Positions 1-10,680 of a DNA stretch of 64,000 bases are shown here, in pieces. Position numbers and translations under genes: made by a program. Each line of letters opens with the position of its first letter. Position 1 is the first letter of the stretch. The DNA comes from Candidatus Methanoperedenaceae archaeon. Its GTDB lineage: Archaea; Halobacteriota; Methanosarcinia; Methanosarcinales; Methanoperedenaceae. The stretch is taken from positions 64,001-128,000 of the forward strand of contig CAVWCX010000001.1 in assembly GCA_963753595.1 (NCBI GenBank). Reading direction: 5' to 3'. The notes under the pieces were generated by a model. It did not search any database. It worked only from the letters and a program-made list of their open reading frames with translations, and was not told the DNA's origin.

Positions 1-63
1 ATCATCTGCATCGACTTGTTTTCCGGCTGCGCGGCTGAGTATTTTTTCGCTGATCGTTGGCAT
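1..63 (-). CDS. 5' end of an aconitase-family large subunit (3-isopropylmalate dehydratase/homoaconitase, LeuC/HacA-like); runs off the window edge
   Basis: Manual translation MPTISEKILSRAAGKQVDADD matches the typical LeuC/HacA N-terminus (TISEKILS...GK.V); not in the ORF track. Confidence 0.7.
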   Translation of the reverse strand, partial: MPTISEKILSRAAGKQVDADD

Positions 64-239
64 GGTTATTTGTTCATAGACTTAAAGCGGATATATAGCA
101 CTAATTATGTAAGCAAGTGTTGTCCTGTTTATTCGGAAAAGCGAAGGGTAGGGGCAAAATATTGTCTGATAAAAACAGTGTATATCCAAGTTCACGTAAA
201 TCGTCGACAGTAAAGAAATATTTGAATCAGAGACCCCAA

Positions 240-278
240 ATCCGCGCATATCCGCGTAATCCGTGTCATCCGTGTTCC
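240..278. repeat. Short REP-like tandem repeat of ATCCG(C/T)G(C/T)N units
   Basis: atccgcgcat atccgcgta atccgtgtc atccgtgtt: four ~9-nt units in an intergenic region. Confidence 0.55.
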
Positions 279-629
279 CTTTGATTTGATGATTATTATT
301 TCATCCCCCAAAACAACAACGACCAAAACCCAGCCTATTCCATATCCTGCTGTCATTTCTGCGTCTCCTGTTATCTAAAAGAGTATAGAGTTTACATGCA
401 GTATTTCTTTTCTCAAACCTGATATCCACAGCCTTAACCTAACATTAGGATAAACCAACACGAATTATAATGGACACAAAAAATCGCAATCCACATATAC
501 ATACTGAACAGTATGTTACTATATGGTATGCTTCATCAACCGAAAGAATGCAGATAAATCCTGTTGATAAAAACTAATCCATATCCTCCCTCAACTGCGC
601 CGTTTTCGTAAAAAAGCTAAGGAGGGGTT

Positions 630-2751
630 TTATCTCCTCAGTACCATATATCCTGTGCCAACAAGACCTGCCACAGCAAACAATATCCAATCATATTGCC
701 GGGGTTTCGCATTATCAACGGGTTTTGTTACTGGCGAACTGGCCTGGACTGCGACGGCTGACGATGTGGATGGGGTTGTTGTTTCTGCCGACGTGGAAGA
801 TTCAGCAGATGGGGTGGTTGCATTAGCAGTTGCAACTTTTAAATCTACTTTTGGAGCATCCTTGATCACCTGTTCAAAAAATGGATAGAATCGCAGTGCA
901 GTTGAACTGTCAGCCACCTTGAATTTTAGTCCATTTGCAAGATCAATAACAGCATTCTGGCCAAGGTTTATGTTGTTCTTATTGTGGAGCAGAACGTAAT
1001 TCTCATTCGCTTCTTTTACCTCAAATATTCCGAACTTATCTCCTGTTTTTATTTCAAGCACATTGCGGGATATAAGCCATGTGTATCTGAGCTGCACAAA
1101 TGTTTCCGCGTCTTTGCGCCCCTGAAAATATACTGTCCACATAGGTAACGAATACAGGCACATTGGACTCTCCCTTCAGGTCTTTCTCTGAATAAGTGTA
1201 TACTTCTCCCTCATTTACTACTTTAATATCTAATGTTATTCCATCTTTTGTCAGGGAAAGTGATGCCTGTCTTGGATTTGTTCTTACATCAAGAGCATCA
1301 ACTGTTAGATTATATCCTTCACCAAGGTTCCATGTCGTTCCAAGCTTTAGTGTCTGTTTTTCCTGTTTATCCTGCTCCTTTATCAGTTTGGCTAACTTAT
1401 TTGCCTTGCCATTCACGGCAACATAAAGCCCACCCTACCAGCCAAGGCGTGCATAGAAGCCTCCATTCCTGCTATTCATGAACGTCTTTGTTGTGCTATT
1501 GTACTCAAGAGCATTCTCAATTTTCAAGCCTTTTTCACTGAATACCTTATATTTTTGGTCTGTCCGGGATGTATTATAAAGCAGCTTTTCTGCCTCAATA
1601 GTCCTGCTCGCATTGGTCAAAGTTGATGCGCTCTGATCAACGACTAGACTTTCACTTGATTTTCCACCACCTGATGCATACCAGAATCCTGAAAATCTTT
1701 GCGCATCCCATACAAGAGTCTTATACTTGCTTTCGTCATAAGCGCCGCCTCTTAATTCATATTTTCCGGGTTTTGTTTTTTCAAGGATCGGATAAAAGCG
1801 AAGTGCTGTTGCGCTATCGGCTACCTTGAATTTTAGATCGCCATACAACGGCTGTACCGAGTTCTGGCCAAGGTTTATTGATTCTTTATTATATAAGGTC
1901 ATGGTGTTTTCTGTTGCTTCTTTTACTTCAAAAACACCGAATTTATCCCCTATCTTTATTTCAAGCACATTATTTGATATCAGCCATGTGTACTTAAGCT
2001 GGACAAAGGCAGCTTTGTCTTCAGCGCCTGTGAAAATACCATCAATGTAGGTGACAAATAGCGGTACGCTGGATTCTCCACCCAGGCTTTTTTCGGTATA
2101 GGTATAGACTTCACCTTCATTAACTACCTTTATATCCAGTGTTTTGCCATCCTTTGTCAGGTTAAGCCATGCCTGTCTTGGGGATGTTTTTGCATCAATG
2201 GCTTCAAGGGTAAGATTGTAGCCTTCTGGGAGTCTCCAGGTCTCACCGAGCTTTAATGTCTGCTTTTCTTCTGCCTTTTGTTCTTTTACAAGTTTTGCCA
2301 GCTTGTTCGCTTTTCCATTCACAGCTACATAAACGTCGCCAAACCATCCAAGCCGTGCGTAATATCCGCCCGTAGTATTTCTTGTAAAGATCTTGCTGGT
2401 ACTGTTATATTCAAGACCGTTCTCTACTAATTTACCTTTTTCACTGAAAACCTTATATTTCTGGTCAGTACGAACGGTATTATACAGGAGTTTTTCTTCA
2501 TTGATGATCCTGCTACCTGTTTTCAGGCTTGACGCAGCCTGGTCTATCCTGAGGGTTTCACTTGATTTCCCGCCGCCTGACGCATACCAGAAACCAGTAA
2601 AATTCTGTGCATCCCACAGCAATGTGGTATTATATTTATTTGAGCTCTCATCAAAAACCACGCCGTGGATCTCAACTTTAGTCACGTTGCCAGCTGTCAC
2701 AGGTAGTGCGGAAATTAATATGATCGCAAGTATTGCCAATATTTGTTTCAT
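630..2751 (-). pseudogene. Methanosarcina-type duplicated S-layer-domain protein with signal peptide and C-terminal TM anchor, interrupted by an in-frame TAG (1435-1437) and a frameshift (~1115)
   Basis: Two internal repeats (WDAQ.F.GFWYASGGGKSSE...YARLGW.G..YVAVNGKANKLAK...FVQL.YTWLIS.NVLEIK.GDKFG...ALRFYP) are spread over ORFs 1435-2784, 1054-1416 and 630-1163; Ser/Thr linker and hydrophobic tail ending LRR. Confidence 0.8.
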
Positions 2752-2800
2752 TTTTATAACCTCTGTGTTCAGAGATTTTTCCAAATCTATATAATGTTAG

Positions 2801-2813
2801 AGAAATCAGCAAC
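2801..2813 (-). promoter_or_regulatory. Putative transcription-factor site upstream of the TATA box of the S-layer gene
   Basis: AGAAATCAGCAAC, identical to 4880-4892; both lie next to TATA-like boxes of minus-strand units. Confidence 0.45.
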
Positions 2814-2974
2814 AGTTGTCGCAATTCATCCATAAACAGAATAAATCGAGCAAAGGATTCCGCTTTGATTCCATAATGGAAGAATTCAAAACAAAATCAA
2901 ATTTTTTGCAATAATTGAACAAAATGAAAAAAGTAATTACGAAAAATCATCTATATGACGAGAAACGCGGATAT

Positions 2975-3193
2975 TCAGTGTTTTTTTATGATGACTTTAA
3001 AATCACTGCCAGATTCCTCGATCCGTACTACTTCATGCCCATGTTCCCTGGTCCATTGAGGAATTGCATTTCTTGCAGTAACGTCATCGGTTAAAATTTC
3101 AAGTTCTTCGCCGGTTTTTAGCCCATCTATCTGTTTTTTGGTATAAAACAATGGTAACGGGCATACTCTACCTCTTGCATCTATTTTGTGCAT
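2975..3193 (-). CDS. TusA/SirA-family sulfur carrier
   Basis: IDARGRVCPLP motif; start moved to MHKID at 3193. Confidence 0.88.
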   Translation of the reverse strand: MHKIDARGRVCPLPLFYTKKQIDGLKTGEELEILTDDVTARNAIPQWTREHGHEVVRIEESGSDFKVIIKKH

Positions 3194-3271
3194 GTGTGGT
3201 AGTATGAATGCCGGCATATTTTAAGTTTGTATTAAGGCAAAAAATGTAAGAGTTATTCGCTTTTTGATAAA

Positions 3272-3505
3272 TCAGCTTTTTCGTACAAAGATACTATAAT
3301 TTCCTTTGATAGCCTCTACGGCAAGCAGTTCATTCCCTGATTTCTTTGCCCATGCATCTATATTCTGTGGAGCTACAGGGTCGCTGGCAAGGATTTTTAA
3401 TACCTGCCCCTTTTGAAGTTTGTCCACCTGCTGTTTTGTCCGTATCAAAGGATAGGGGCATGCTTCGCCCCTTACATCCAGTTCGAAGTCGTGAACTATT
3501 GTCAT
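3272..3505 (-). CDS. TusA/SirA-family sulfur carrier
   Basis: LDVRGEACPYP motif, 77 aa. Confidence 0.9.
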   Translation of the reverse strand: MTIVHDFELDVRGEACPYPLIRTKQQVDKLQKGQVLKILASDPVAPQNIDAWAKKSGNELLAVEAIKGNYSIFVRKS

Positions 3506-3506
3506 A

Positions 3507-3881
3507 TCAGAACACCAGTGTCACTTCACTCTCCAGTATCCTGTTCGTCAGGTCATCGATGTTAAGTTTAGATATTCCTTCGATAATTTCGCTGTCAGCC
3601 ACACCTCTTTTCTTCAGGTCCGCCTCCAGGGCATAGAACTTCACGCTATCCTTTGCCTTAATGATGCTTGCTTCAATGCTTGGCACATCTTTCTGCCATA
3701 CAGCAGCATCGCCGTAGCTGGTCTTCTGTCCCTTTACCACAGAGTGAACACCTCCACTCACAAAAGTGATGGACGGCGAATTTCCTGCCGCAGCCTGCGT
3801 CTCAGCAAGCGGGATCGCGCTGTATGCATCTTCCTTGCCGTAAGGGGGCTGTGTCACGATTATGTTTACTTTCTTGCTCAT
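3507..3881 (-). CDS. DsrF/DsrE-like (TusC-like) sulfur relay subunit
   Basis: IIVTQPPYGKE, FVSGGV..VVKGQ, DLKKRG, C-terminal VF; start MSKKV at 3881. Confidence 0.75.
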   Translation of the reverse strand: MSKKVNIIVTQPPYGKEDAYSAIPLAETQAAAGNSPSITFVSGGVHSVVKGQKTSYGDAAVWQKDVPSIEASIIKAKDSVKFYALEADLKKRGVADSEIIEGISKLNIDDLTNRILESEVTLVF

Positions 3882-3886
3882 TTTTA

Positions 3887-4267
3887 TTACCCTAATAATA
3901 TGGTCTTGTCTGATTCTGCTGTCCATTCACCAAGATCGTAAAGTCCGCCGATGACAACGCCTTCTGTCTGCTGTTTTGTCACACCGCGGGCATCTGTGCA
4001 TTTGATGCATGCTATTGCATCGGTCTTGGGATTCTTCAGTCCTTTCTTGAGAACGGTGCCAAAGAGCTGCTCAACGACTGGGAATTCTTTTGGTCCCTGG
4101 TCGCGGTGTCCGATCAACGTGCCATCCAGGTAGTTGAAGAAGTTGACATTGATCCCTTTCTCTTTTGCAGCATGGGCGAGCCTGATAAGCGTGTATGCCG
4201 CTTCATCGCGATATGGGCCGTTTATCGATACGATCGTTAAGGTTTTATTATAGCCGTTGTTTGCCAT
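3887..4267 (-). CDS. DsrE/TusD-like sulfurtransferase
   Basis: GPY, FFNYLDG, ACIKCTDARGV containing the catalytic Cys region, GGL.DL....ESDK. Confidence 0.82.
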   Translation of the reverse strand: MANNGYNKTLTIVSINGPYRDEAAYTLIRLAHAAKEKGINVNFFNYLDGTLIGHRDQGPKEFPVVEQLFGTVLKKGLKNPKTDAIACIKCTDARGVTKQQTEGVVIGGLYDLGEWTAESDKTILLG

Positions 4268-4276
4268 TGTATCACC

Positions 4277-4603
4277 TTAGAACCATGCCACTCGTGTGTT
4301 ATCTTCAACTATGTTGTCAAGGAGTGTTCCTATTTCATTTACCTGTACCCGGTCGGCCAGGTTCCCGTCAAGTCCCCTTGACTGCACAGCCCTGTCATCT
4401 GCAAGGATTTTGATGCCTTTCTTTTTAGCATCCTGGAGTTTATTCCCGAATTCACTTTTCCGAGCAGCGGTAACTCCGTCCTCTACAAGATAAAGAGAAA
4501 CATTGTTGCCTTTTGTTTTGGCATTTAACCCGATATCCAGAACGAGATTTGGTATCTCGGTCGTATATGGGTCTTTGGATAATACCAGTAATAGATTTGT
4601 CAT
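4277..4603 (-). CDS. DsrH/TusB-like sulfur relay subunit
   Basis: LYLVEDGVTAA, D...RGL, C-terminal VAWF. Confidence 0.75.
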   Translation of the reverse strand: MTNLLLVLSKDPYTTEIPNLVLDIGLNAKTKGNNVSLYLVEDGVTAARKSEFGNKLQDAKKKGIKILADDRAVQSRGLDGNLADRVQVNEIGTLLDNIVEDNTRVAWF

Positions 4604-4605
4604 GT

Positions 4606-4831
4606 TTATCTACCTCTGAAATTAATTGTTCGTTTATTATTCAATCCGGCAGTCAATTCATTCTCAACTCTTGCTATCATAGAATCAAGTGTTTCAAGTA
4701 TCGGCGTTCTTCTTTGCGCCCTTGAATACTCAAATTCGCGCCATTCCCTTAAGGTATTGAGGACCGGGGTTGTTTTCTGTGCTTTGCCTTTATCGGTGAC
4801 AAAGGCGATTCCTTCTTTTTATCTGATTAAT
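4606..4831 (-). CDS. Uncalled ~74-aa hypothetical protein heading the dsr/tusA operon (probable one-base homopolymer frameshift near the start)
   Basis: Frame open from 4818 to 4606 (KEGIAFVTDKGKAQKTTPVLNTLREWREFEYSRAQRRTPILETLDSMIARVENEL...RGR*), stopping 2 nt before the DsrH ATG; GGTGA RBS 6 nt before an ATT at 4831; one extra A in the A5 run. Confidence 0.5.
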
Positions 4832-4879
4832 ATTGTATCACCAGATACCTGATTATTAATGCAATACTTATATCAGTTC

Positions 4880-4892
4880 AGAAATCAGCAAC
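4880..4892 (-). promoter_or_regulatory. Putative transcription-factor site upstream of the sulfur-relay operon promoter
   Basis: Second copy of AGAAATCAGCAAC, next to TTATAT (ATATAA on the minus strand). Confidence 0.45.
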
Positions 4893-5061
4893 TTTTGATT
4901 GGTTAATTCTGTTTTTGTAACAATTGGGGCAAGTTTGTTTCAAAAATCGCTAATTTTGACCGTTGATTTTTTCTGCGGAAGCTGTCACAAAACAGGCATG
5001 GAATTGTAGGGTGTTTTATAAGATAAGATCAAGGTAAGAGTAGCGCGAAAGTGAAGGAACA

Positions 5062-5538
5062 ATGGCAGGATATAAAGAACACAATAAAATAGCAGAAATG
5101 GCAGGAATACCATCTGCCATATCCGAGGAGATCAATCGATTCATGGATGATATAAATCCTCCAGGGGACTTTGAAGCTCACAATACTGAAAATAAGATAT
5201 TCGTGTGCGGGCACTTGAATGTGTCAATAAGGACTTTGATGGGAAGTGAAAATTTACGAAACAGGGGAAAAAAGGAATGGGTGCAAAAAGAGGATCTGAA
5301 ATGGCTGCTGGCAGCGAAAAAAGAATATATCAGGTGCTACTATCTGCATCTTGCTGTTGATAATATTTGCGAGAGTAAGGAAAGCATAAAGGGCGGTAGA
5401 GAGACTGTTGATAGTTGCATAAATAGCTGGGGAAAAAATCGTGCTGCTGTTGTTCCGGGAACAGAACCGTATCTGAGAGACGTATTGGGTTTTTTGGGAA
5501 ATAATGTCGAGAATATCAGAAAGATTATTTTTTTATAA
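5062..5538 (+). CDS. Hypothetical protein
   Basis: 158-aa ORF with AAGGA RBS; H..(N)..IAE at the N-terminus and YYLHLAVD suggest a metal-binding helical fold. Confidence 0.7.
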   Translation: MAGYKEHNKIAEMAGIPSAISEEINRFMDDINPPGDFEAHNTENKIFVCGHLNVSIRTLMGSENLRNRGKKEWVQKEDLKWLLAAKKEYIRCYYLHLAVDNICESKESIKGGRETVDSCINSWGKNRAAVVPGTEPYLRDVLGFLGNNVENIRKIIFL

Positions 5539-5726
5539 TTCAGATAGTAGAAGAATACTCTAAACCAGTTCATGTATAAAAAAAGAACCGCAAGACTTTC
5601 CCATAATTTCTCAAAGTGGGGAAGTGCATCTTTTTAGCATGGAGGCTTATGGGATAAGATTGAGGTAATTTGGTGAAAGTATTTGGAATCCAAACCGGAC
5701 ATTTTATCTGATAAGTAATACTTTCA

Positions 5727-5969
5727 ATGAATATGAAAATCATCTACAGGCGGATAATTGGATTCATATTGTGCCTTCCCTTCATTTATTTCCTGTATGC
5801 TTGCGGACTATCCCAACCATCAAGACTAATTTTACCATGTGCTTTGGGCGCAGGCTCAGGTTTAACACCATTTACAGACATTGCATTGATTATTGGTCTT
5901 TATCTTATCATTACGGGTTGTAGAAAGGTGGATAAGAAGAATCTATTTTTCCTGGATGTATTTTTATGA
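5727..5969 (+). CDS. Small membrane protein
   Basis: Two hydrophobic segments; ATGA overlap with the next gene. Confidence 0.55.
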   Translation: MNMKIIYRRIIGFILCLPFIYFLYACGLSQPSRLILPCALGAGSGLTPFTDIALIIGLYLIITGCRKVDKKNLFFLDVFL

Positions 5970-6307
5970 ATTTAAAAGAATTTCTCATGCTGGATAAAGA
6001 AAAGATCAGAATATCCGGCGCTATTTTTATAATATCAATAATCTGCATAATTATCGGCATCTATTTTGGAGGGTCTAATTCAATATTACGCTTGTTCTTC
6101 ATTGCAGCATCTTTCTTTTATCTCCCAGTTCTGTTATTACCGGAGATAGCGTATTCCATCATTCCTTCGATGCGCCCTGATATGGATACAATGACTGCTC
6201 TGCAATTTTATTTCCAATCTGGTTTAATGTTTGTCCTTGTTTGTGTTTATATATATCTTATGTCCTGTGCTATCGTATTTGTCAGGAGAAAGAGAACAAC
6301 TGTTTGA
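5966..6307 (+). CDS. Small membrane protein (3 TM)
   Basis: MNLKEFL..DK.K start, three hydrophobic helices, basic tail. Confidence 0.65.
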   Translation: MNLKEFLMLDKEKIRISGAIFIISIICIIIGIYFGGSNSILRLFFIAASFFYLPVLLLPEIAYSIIPSMRPDMDTMTALQFYFQSGLMFVLVCVYIYLMSCAIVFVRRKRTTV

Positions 6308-6425
6308 TGCTTACCGAGATAAACAAAGAGGTGAGGCGATATTATTGGTCTATTCTCCGATTTCGGAAATACCTAGCAAACATTATTTAATCATTGATAC
6401 GTATTTATGAGGGAAAATAAAAGCG

Positions 6426-9400
6426 GTGATATATATTACCTTAGAATCTCTCCTCTCATCCCTGAAACCTCGCCAGCTTGAATCCATCAAACACTCACAA
6501 GGCCCCCAACTGATCCTCGCAGGCGCCGGAACTGGCAAGACCACGACCATCACCGCAAAGATCGCTTACATGGTCGAAAAAGAAGGCATCGACCCTTCCA
6601 ACATCCTCGCGCTCACCTTCTCCAAAGAAGCAGCAAGGAACATGCGCGAAAAAGTCGAGAAACTCCTTCAGGGAAAGGAAGTGATCGTTAAGACTTTTCA
6701 CTCATTCTGCGCCGAGCTTATCAAGGATCATGCTGACCGGTGCAAGGTTCCAGGTGATTTCAAGATATTCGAGGAGATGGATTCAGCTATTTTCATATAC
6801 AGGGAACTCAAAGTCGATGCAAGGACCGCCAGCCTGTACGCGAACACGATCGGAAAAGCCAAAGACCTGAATATCTCGATAGATAAATTCAAAGAATATC
6901 TGGAAACGCTTAAAAAACGGGTTCAGGATATCGCAAAAGATGAGAGCACATGGAAAGAACTGTATCGCGAATCTAAATTCAAACTCAATACATTCCATCT
7001 TCAGGAATTCAAAGACAAAGAAGATAAGAAGGCAAAACAGGCAGAGAAGAAAAGATATTCAGAATTCATAGACTTCTATGAAGAATACCTGAAATATTCA
7101 AACTTCATATCAGCCTGGGAGAAATATGAAGAAAAGAAAATAGCTTCAGGCGCTCTGGATTATGGCGACCTGAATCAGATCGTTCTCTGGTATCTGGATG
7201 TGTATGGCACGCAGGAATTGAATGACACCTTCAGCTACATAATCATTGATGAATTCCAGGATACCAATTATGTACAATTCGAACTGATAAAAAAACTCAC
7301 GGCAGCGAATAAGAACATAACAGTGGTGGCAGACCCGAACCAGACCATATATGCATTCCGTGGGGCGTACACCAATAATATTGAGGAGTTCAAAAAGAAA
7401 TTCTCACTATCTGATAAAGATATCGTGTCACTGGATGTGAGTTTCAGGTCAACGAATAAGATACTCAGAGTGGCTCATACCCTGATCGAAAAGAACTATG
7501 GAGAAGATAAAAGGCAAGAATGCCTGCTCCTGAAAAATCACAAAGATAAAGAAGGAGAGAACGTTAGTATCATCGAAACAGAGGATGATAATGAAGAAGC
7601 ACGAGCCATAGTCGAGAAGATCGAAGACTATCTGGCACAGGGAATCCCCCAAAAGAGATCGCTGTATTATACAGGACACATGCCCAGGGACGAAAGGTAA
7701 GACAGGCTCTTGAAAACAGGGGTCTGCCCTTTCGGGTCAAGGACGATACCGATTTCCTGAAGCAGCCTGAAATAAAGACCGCTCTTGCTTATCTGTATAT
7801 AATCAACAATATATCTCATCCCACAGCCCGCGGGACAGAAGCATGGTGGAGGATATTCCATTACAATAATGCCCTGAGCCAGGAAGATTCCATCAGGATA
7901 GGAGAATACCTCAAGAAAAAATGGGTCTCGTTCCAGGAAGCTATCTATCATCACATTGTAGAACTTAAACTTTCAAATAGCGGTCTTGAGACCATAAACA
8001 ATGTAAAAAAAAGAGTCGATTTACTGTGCTCGAAGAAGAATCTGGATGTATCAGACCTCATCCTTGAGGTATATGACCAATCCGGTCTCTCAAGGCAATT
8101 CGCCCATACAGACACAAAACGCAGCAGGGAAGCGCTGTTGAATCTCAGGCAGCTTCATGAATTAGCCAGTAATTTTGAGGAGTTCCATGGAAAAGACCTG
8201 AGTTTGTTCATAGATTATCTTGAGATCCTTGACGAGATGGACGGAAATCCGTCACCTGCAAGAATAGCGGATGATGATGCCATAAATCTCATGACGATAC
8301 ATTCGGCAAAAGGGCTGGAGTTCAAGGTTGTATTTGTCACAAATCTTGCAAAAGATAAATTCCCTCTGTACCGGGGAGGCGCAGAGCCACTTATTCCACC
8401 TGAATTGATGGAACAGTACAGGGATATTTTCGAGGACAAATCCATTAAAGATACTGAAAAAGCAGTCAGGGAGCGCAAAAAAGAGATCAAAAAAGAAGAA
8501 GAAAGACGGCTTGCTTATGTGGCACTTACCAGGACTAAAGAACATCTTTTCCTGACACTGGCAATCAAATACGCAGAGGATGAAAGAGAGCCGTCTGAGT
8601 TCCTTATTGATATTGGATATGACAACTGGAGAGCTGGCGGGAATATCACAGCTGGAGATATCAGTTATTTCAGGGATACTGATATGAAGGTCAGGGAGAT
8701 GGTAAAAGACAGCGCGCTTGAGCGGGAAAAGGCTCTGCGAAAAAGGCTGCTCATCGAGTCGCTTGATTCAGGCGATTTTAATGAGATAATGAAAAATACG
8801 CTGCTGTATCAGGCTTTAAAGCATGGAAAAGCGCCTGATTTCAAGGAATTTTTCGATTCCAACTGGGAAAAAATAGACCCTGCGCAGGATGCGCAGATTA
8901 TTCTGGGCAAGATCAAAGAGAATAAGAATGGGTTGAAATTCAATCCTGCAAGCATGACTTTCAGCTATTCCTCAATAAGTTCCTATGAACGGTGCCCGCG
9001 CCAGTATGAACTTGCAGAGCTTCTCAGGATGCCAACGCGCGATTCAGAAGATTCTACGGGAGCTATGAGACGCGGGAATTTTGTCCATAAGGTGCTTGAA
9101 AAAGCTGTGAGTGAGAAAATTACGTCAAAGGATCGGTTGTATGAAATAAGAGATACAGTTGCAAGAGAACCTGAATTCAAAGGTGTTGATATTGAAACGG
9201 CAACCGGGGCACTTGATGTATTCTGGGAGCGCAACAAGAATACAATTTCAAATAACCTGATGGTTGAGCAGCGGTTCACAGTACCGCTTGGCGGCTTTAA
9301 TTTTAAGGGATTCATTGACCGTGTGGATCTTATTCCGGGAACAAAGGATGAGGTCGAGATCATAGATTACAAGGCAGGAAAATATGAACCAGGACCTGTT

Positions 9401-9673
9401 GAACGAGGAAGACAACTTTTGCTGTATACACGCGGTATCGAGCATATGTATCCGAAATACAGGGTGAAAAGACTCACTCTGGAATTGCTCAACCTTCCTA
9501 ATCCCAGGACATTTGAGCTTATCGATGGAAAGTTCAAGAGCACAGGCAGCTCGCGGATGGAAGGGCTTGATGAGGCCGCTGTTGAGGATATGATCGAGAC
9601 TGCAAAGAAGATCGCGCATGATTATGAACACGGGTTTGAGAGGACGAAGGATGACGGTTATAAGGAGTGTTGA
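6426..9673 (+). CDS. UvrD/PcrA SF1 helicase fused to a C-terminal PD-(D/E)xK nuclease (AddA/AdnA-like), split by a frameshift at 7646-7654
   Basis: LAGAGTGKT, ALTFS, KTFHSF, IDEFQDTN, DPNQTIYAFRGA, SFRST; the shifted frame from 7655 reads EIAVLYRT and runs open into the 8138 ORF (MTIHSAKGLEF, EERRLAYVALTR, SYSSISSYERCP, GFIDRVD, IIDYK). Confidence 0.88.
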
Positions 9674-9938
9674 TGCAGTTGTATTGCGGGGATTGAAATC
9701 AAAGAATTAACAGGCAGCAAGGACAAAATACATGAAAAATAGAGGTGGGGGATGACCTGCTAAGAAGTGCATCCCTGACTTACCGTTATTTGAACATTTA
9801 TATAAATATTGTTGTGAGTGAAATTATAATGAGAACGATACTCCGATGAGGACAGAAAAATAACGAAAAAAGGACCCCCACAACCGGGTAAATCACACCG
9901 CAAGGACGGCGCCTGAGACCACATCATGCACTCAAGAC

Positions 9939-10250
9939 GGCTGGCAGTATTACCGCGATATCACTATCAACAACACCGGCAGCGCCCTGACCTACTACCA
10001 GGTGCTGGTAAACCTCACAGGAAGCGCCTTCCCAAACAGTGCACAACCCAGCGGCGCAGACATCAGATTCAGGGATGCGGGCGGCACTGATTTGAATTAC
10101 TGGTTCGAGAAGTGGGATCATGTGAACGGGAGCGCGCTTGTGTAGGTGAATGTCACCAGCATACTCGCAGGAGGAGACATGAGCATGCGGATGTATTACG
10201 GGAATCCGGGCACGGCAGGTGCGAGCGATGTAAATGCTCAGGTTCCCCCT
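9939..10250 (+). pseudogene. DUF2341-domain (surface protein) remnant with in-frame TAG
   Basis: GWQYYRDITINNTGSALTYYQVLVNL...GADIRFRD...LNYWFEKWD...ALV*VNV...MYYGNP; TAG (10143-10145) sits at the family's conserved Trp; no clear start. Confidence 0.7.
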
Positions 10251-10278
10251 CCCGGCGGATATTAGAAGAGTTCCAATC

Positions 10279-10680
10279 TCAAGTAATTTTGTTCCAGTTA
10301 ATGACTTCTAATTCATGGATATTATTAAAATGACCATCATTAGTCAGAAGCGGAACATCATGTTCCAAACATAATGCAGCTATCCAGATGTCATTTTCAG
10401 GAATAGGATTTCCTTTCTTTTTCAGGTCATAACGAACCTTAGCATATCGTATGGCAGCAGCTTCATCAATAGACATGAGAATTGAATCGTTGGCAAACAT
10501 GGTTATATCATGTTCATTTTTTTCTGGTTTTGCACTATTGATCGCACCATATAGCAGTTCACCCAGCACGATAGCAGGAAGAAATAGCTGAACTGTCTTA
10601 TCTATCAATGAACAAACATCAGAATTGGCTTCTCTATAAGCAATTACTGCATTAGTATCGATAGCCAGCCTACCATTCAC
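10279..10680 (-). CDS. vapC: VapC PIN-domain toxin
   Basis: AIDTNAVI, GELLYGA, IPENDIWIAA, LLTNDGHF; GTG start overlapping the antitoxin stop. Confidence 0.92.
   Translation of the reverse strand: MNGRLAIDTNAVIAYREANSDVCSLIDKTVQLFLPAIVLGELLYGAINSAKPEKNEHDITMFANDSILMSIDEAAAIRYAKVRYDLKKKGNPIPENDIWIAALCLEHDVPLLTNDGHFNNIHELEVINWNKIT

Noticed and set aside
290-590. Possible decayed minus-strand gene after a GGAGG RBS
   Set aside because: Stop at codon 3 and no recognisable homology
7646-7654. Programmed frameshifting or phase variation at CCCCCAAAA in the helicase (also 1115, 4816, 49443, 57327)
   Set aside because: Several unrelated genes have single-base indels, mostly at homopolymers, which is more simply explained by sequencing/assembly error; read mapping is needed
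9671-9673. Selenocysteine TGA near the nuclease Cys cluster
   Set aside because: The expected continuation is in a different frame, no SECIS is seen, and Sec is not established for this lineage
5621-9773. GAAGTGCATC direct repeat flanking the helicase block as att/TSD
   Set aside because: Only 10 bp with no integrase or transposase; may be chance
9841-9852. Partial copy of the tRNA-Glu 3' end (CTCCGATGaGGA) as an att site
   Set aside because: 11/12 match is too short to support
1435-10145. Genome-wide TAG recoding (two in-frame TAGs in surface-protein genes)
   Set aside because: TAG ends conserved genes at their expected C-termini (fen, hyfB, Ehr large subunit); the DUF2341 TAG is a simple TGG>TAG change in a fragment
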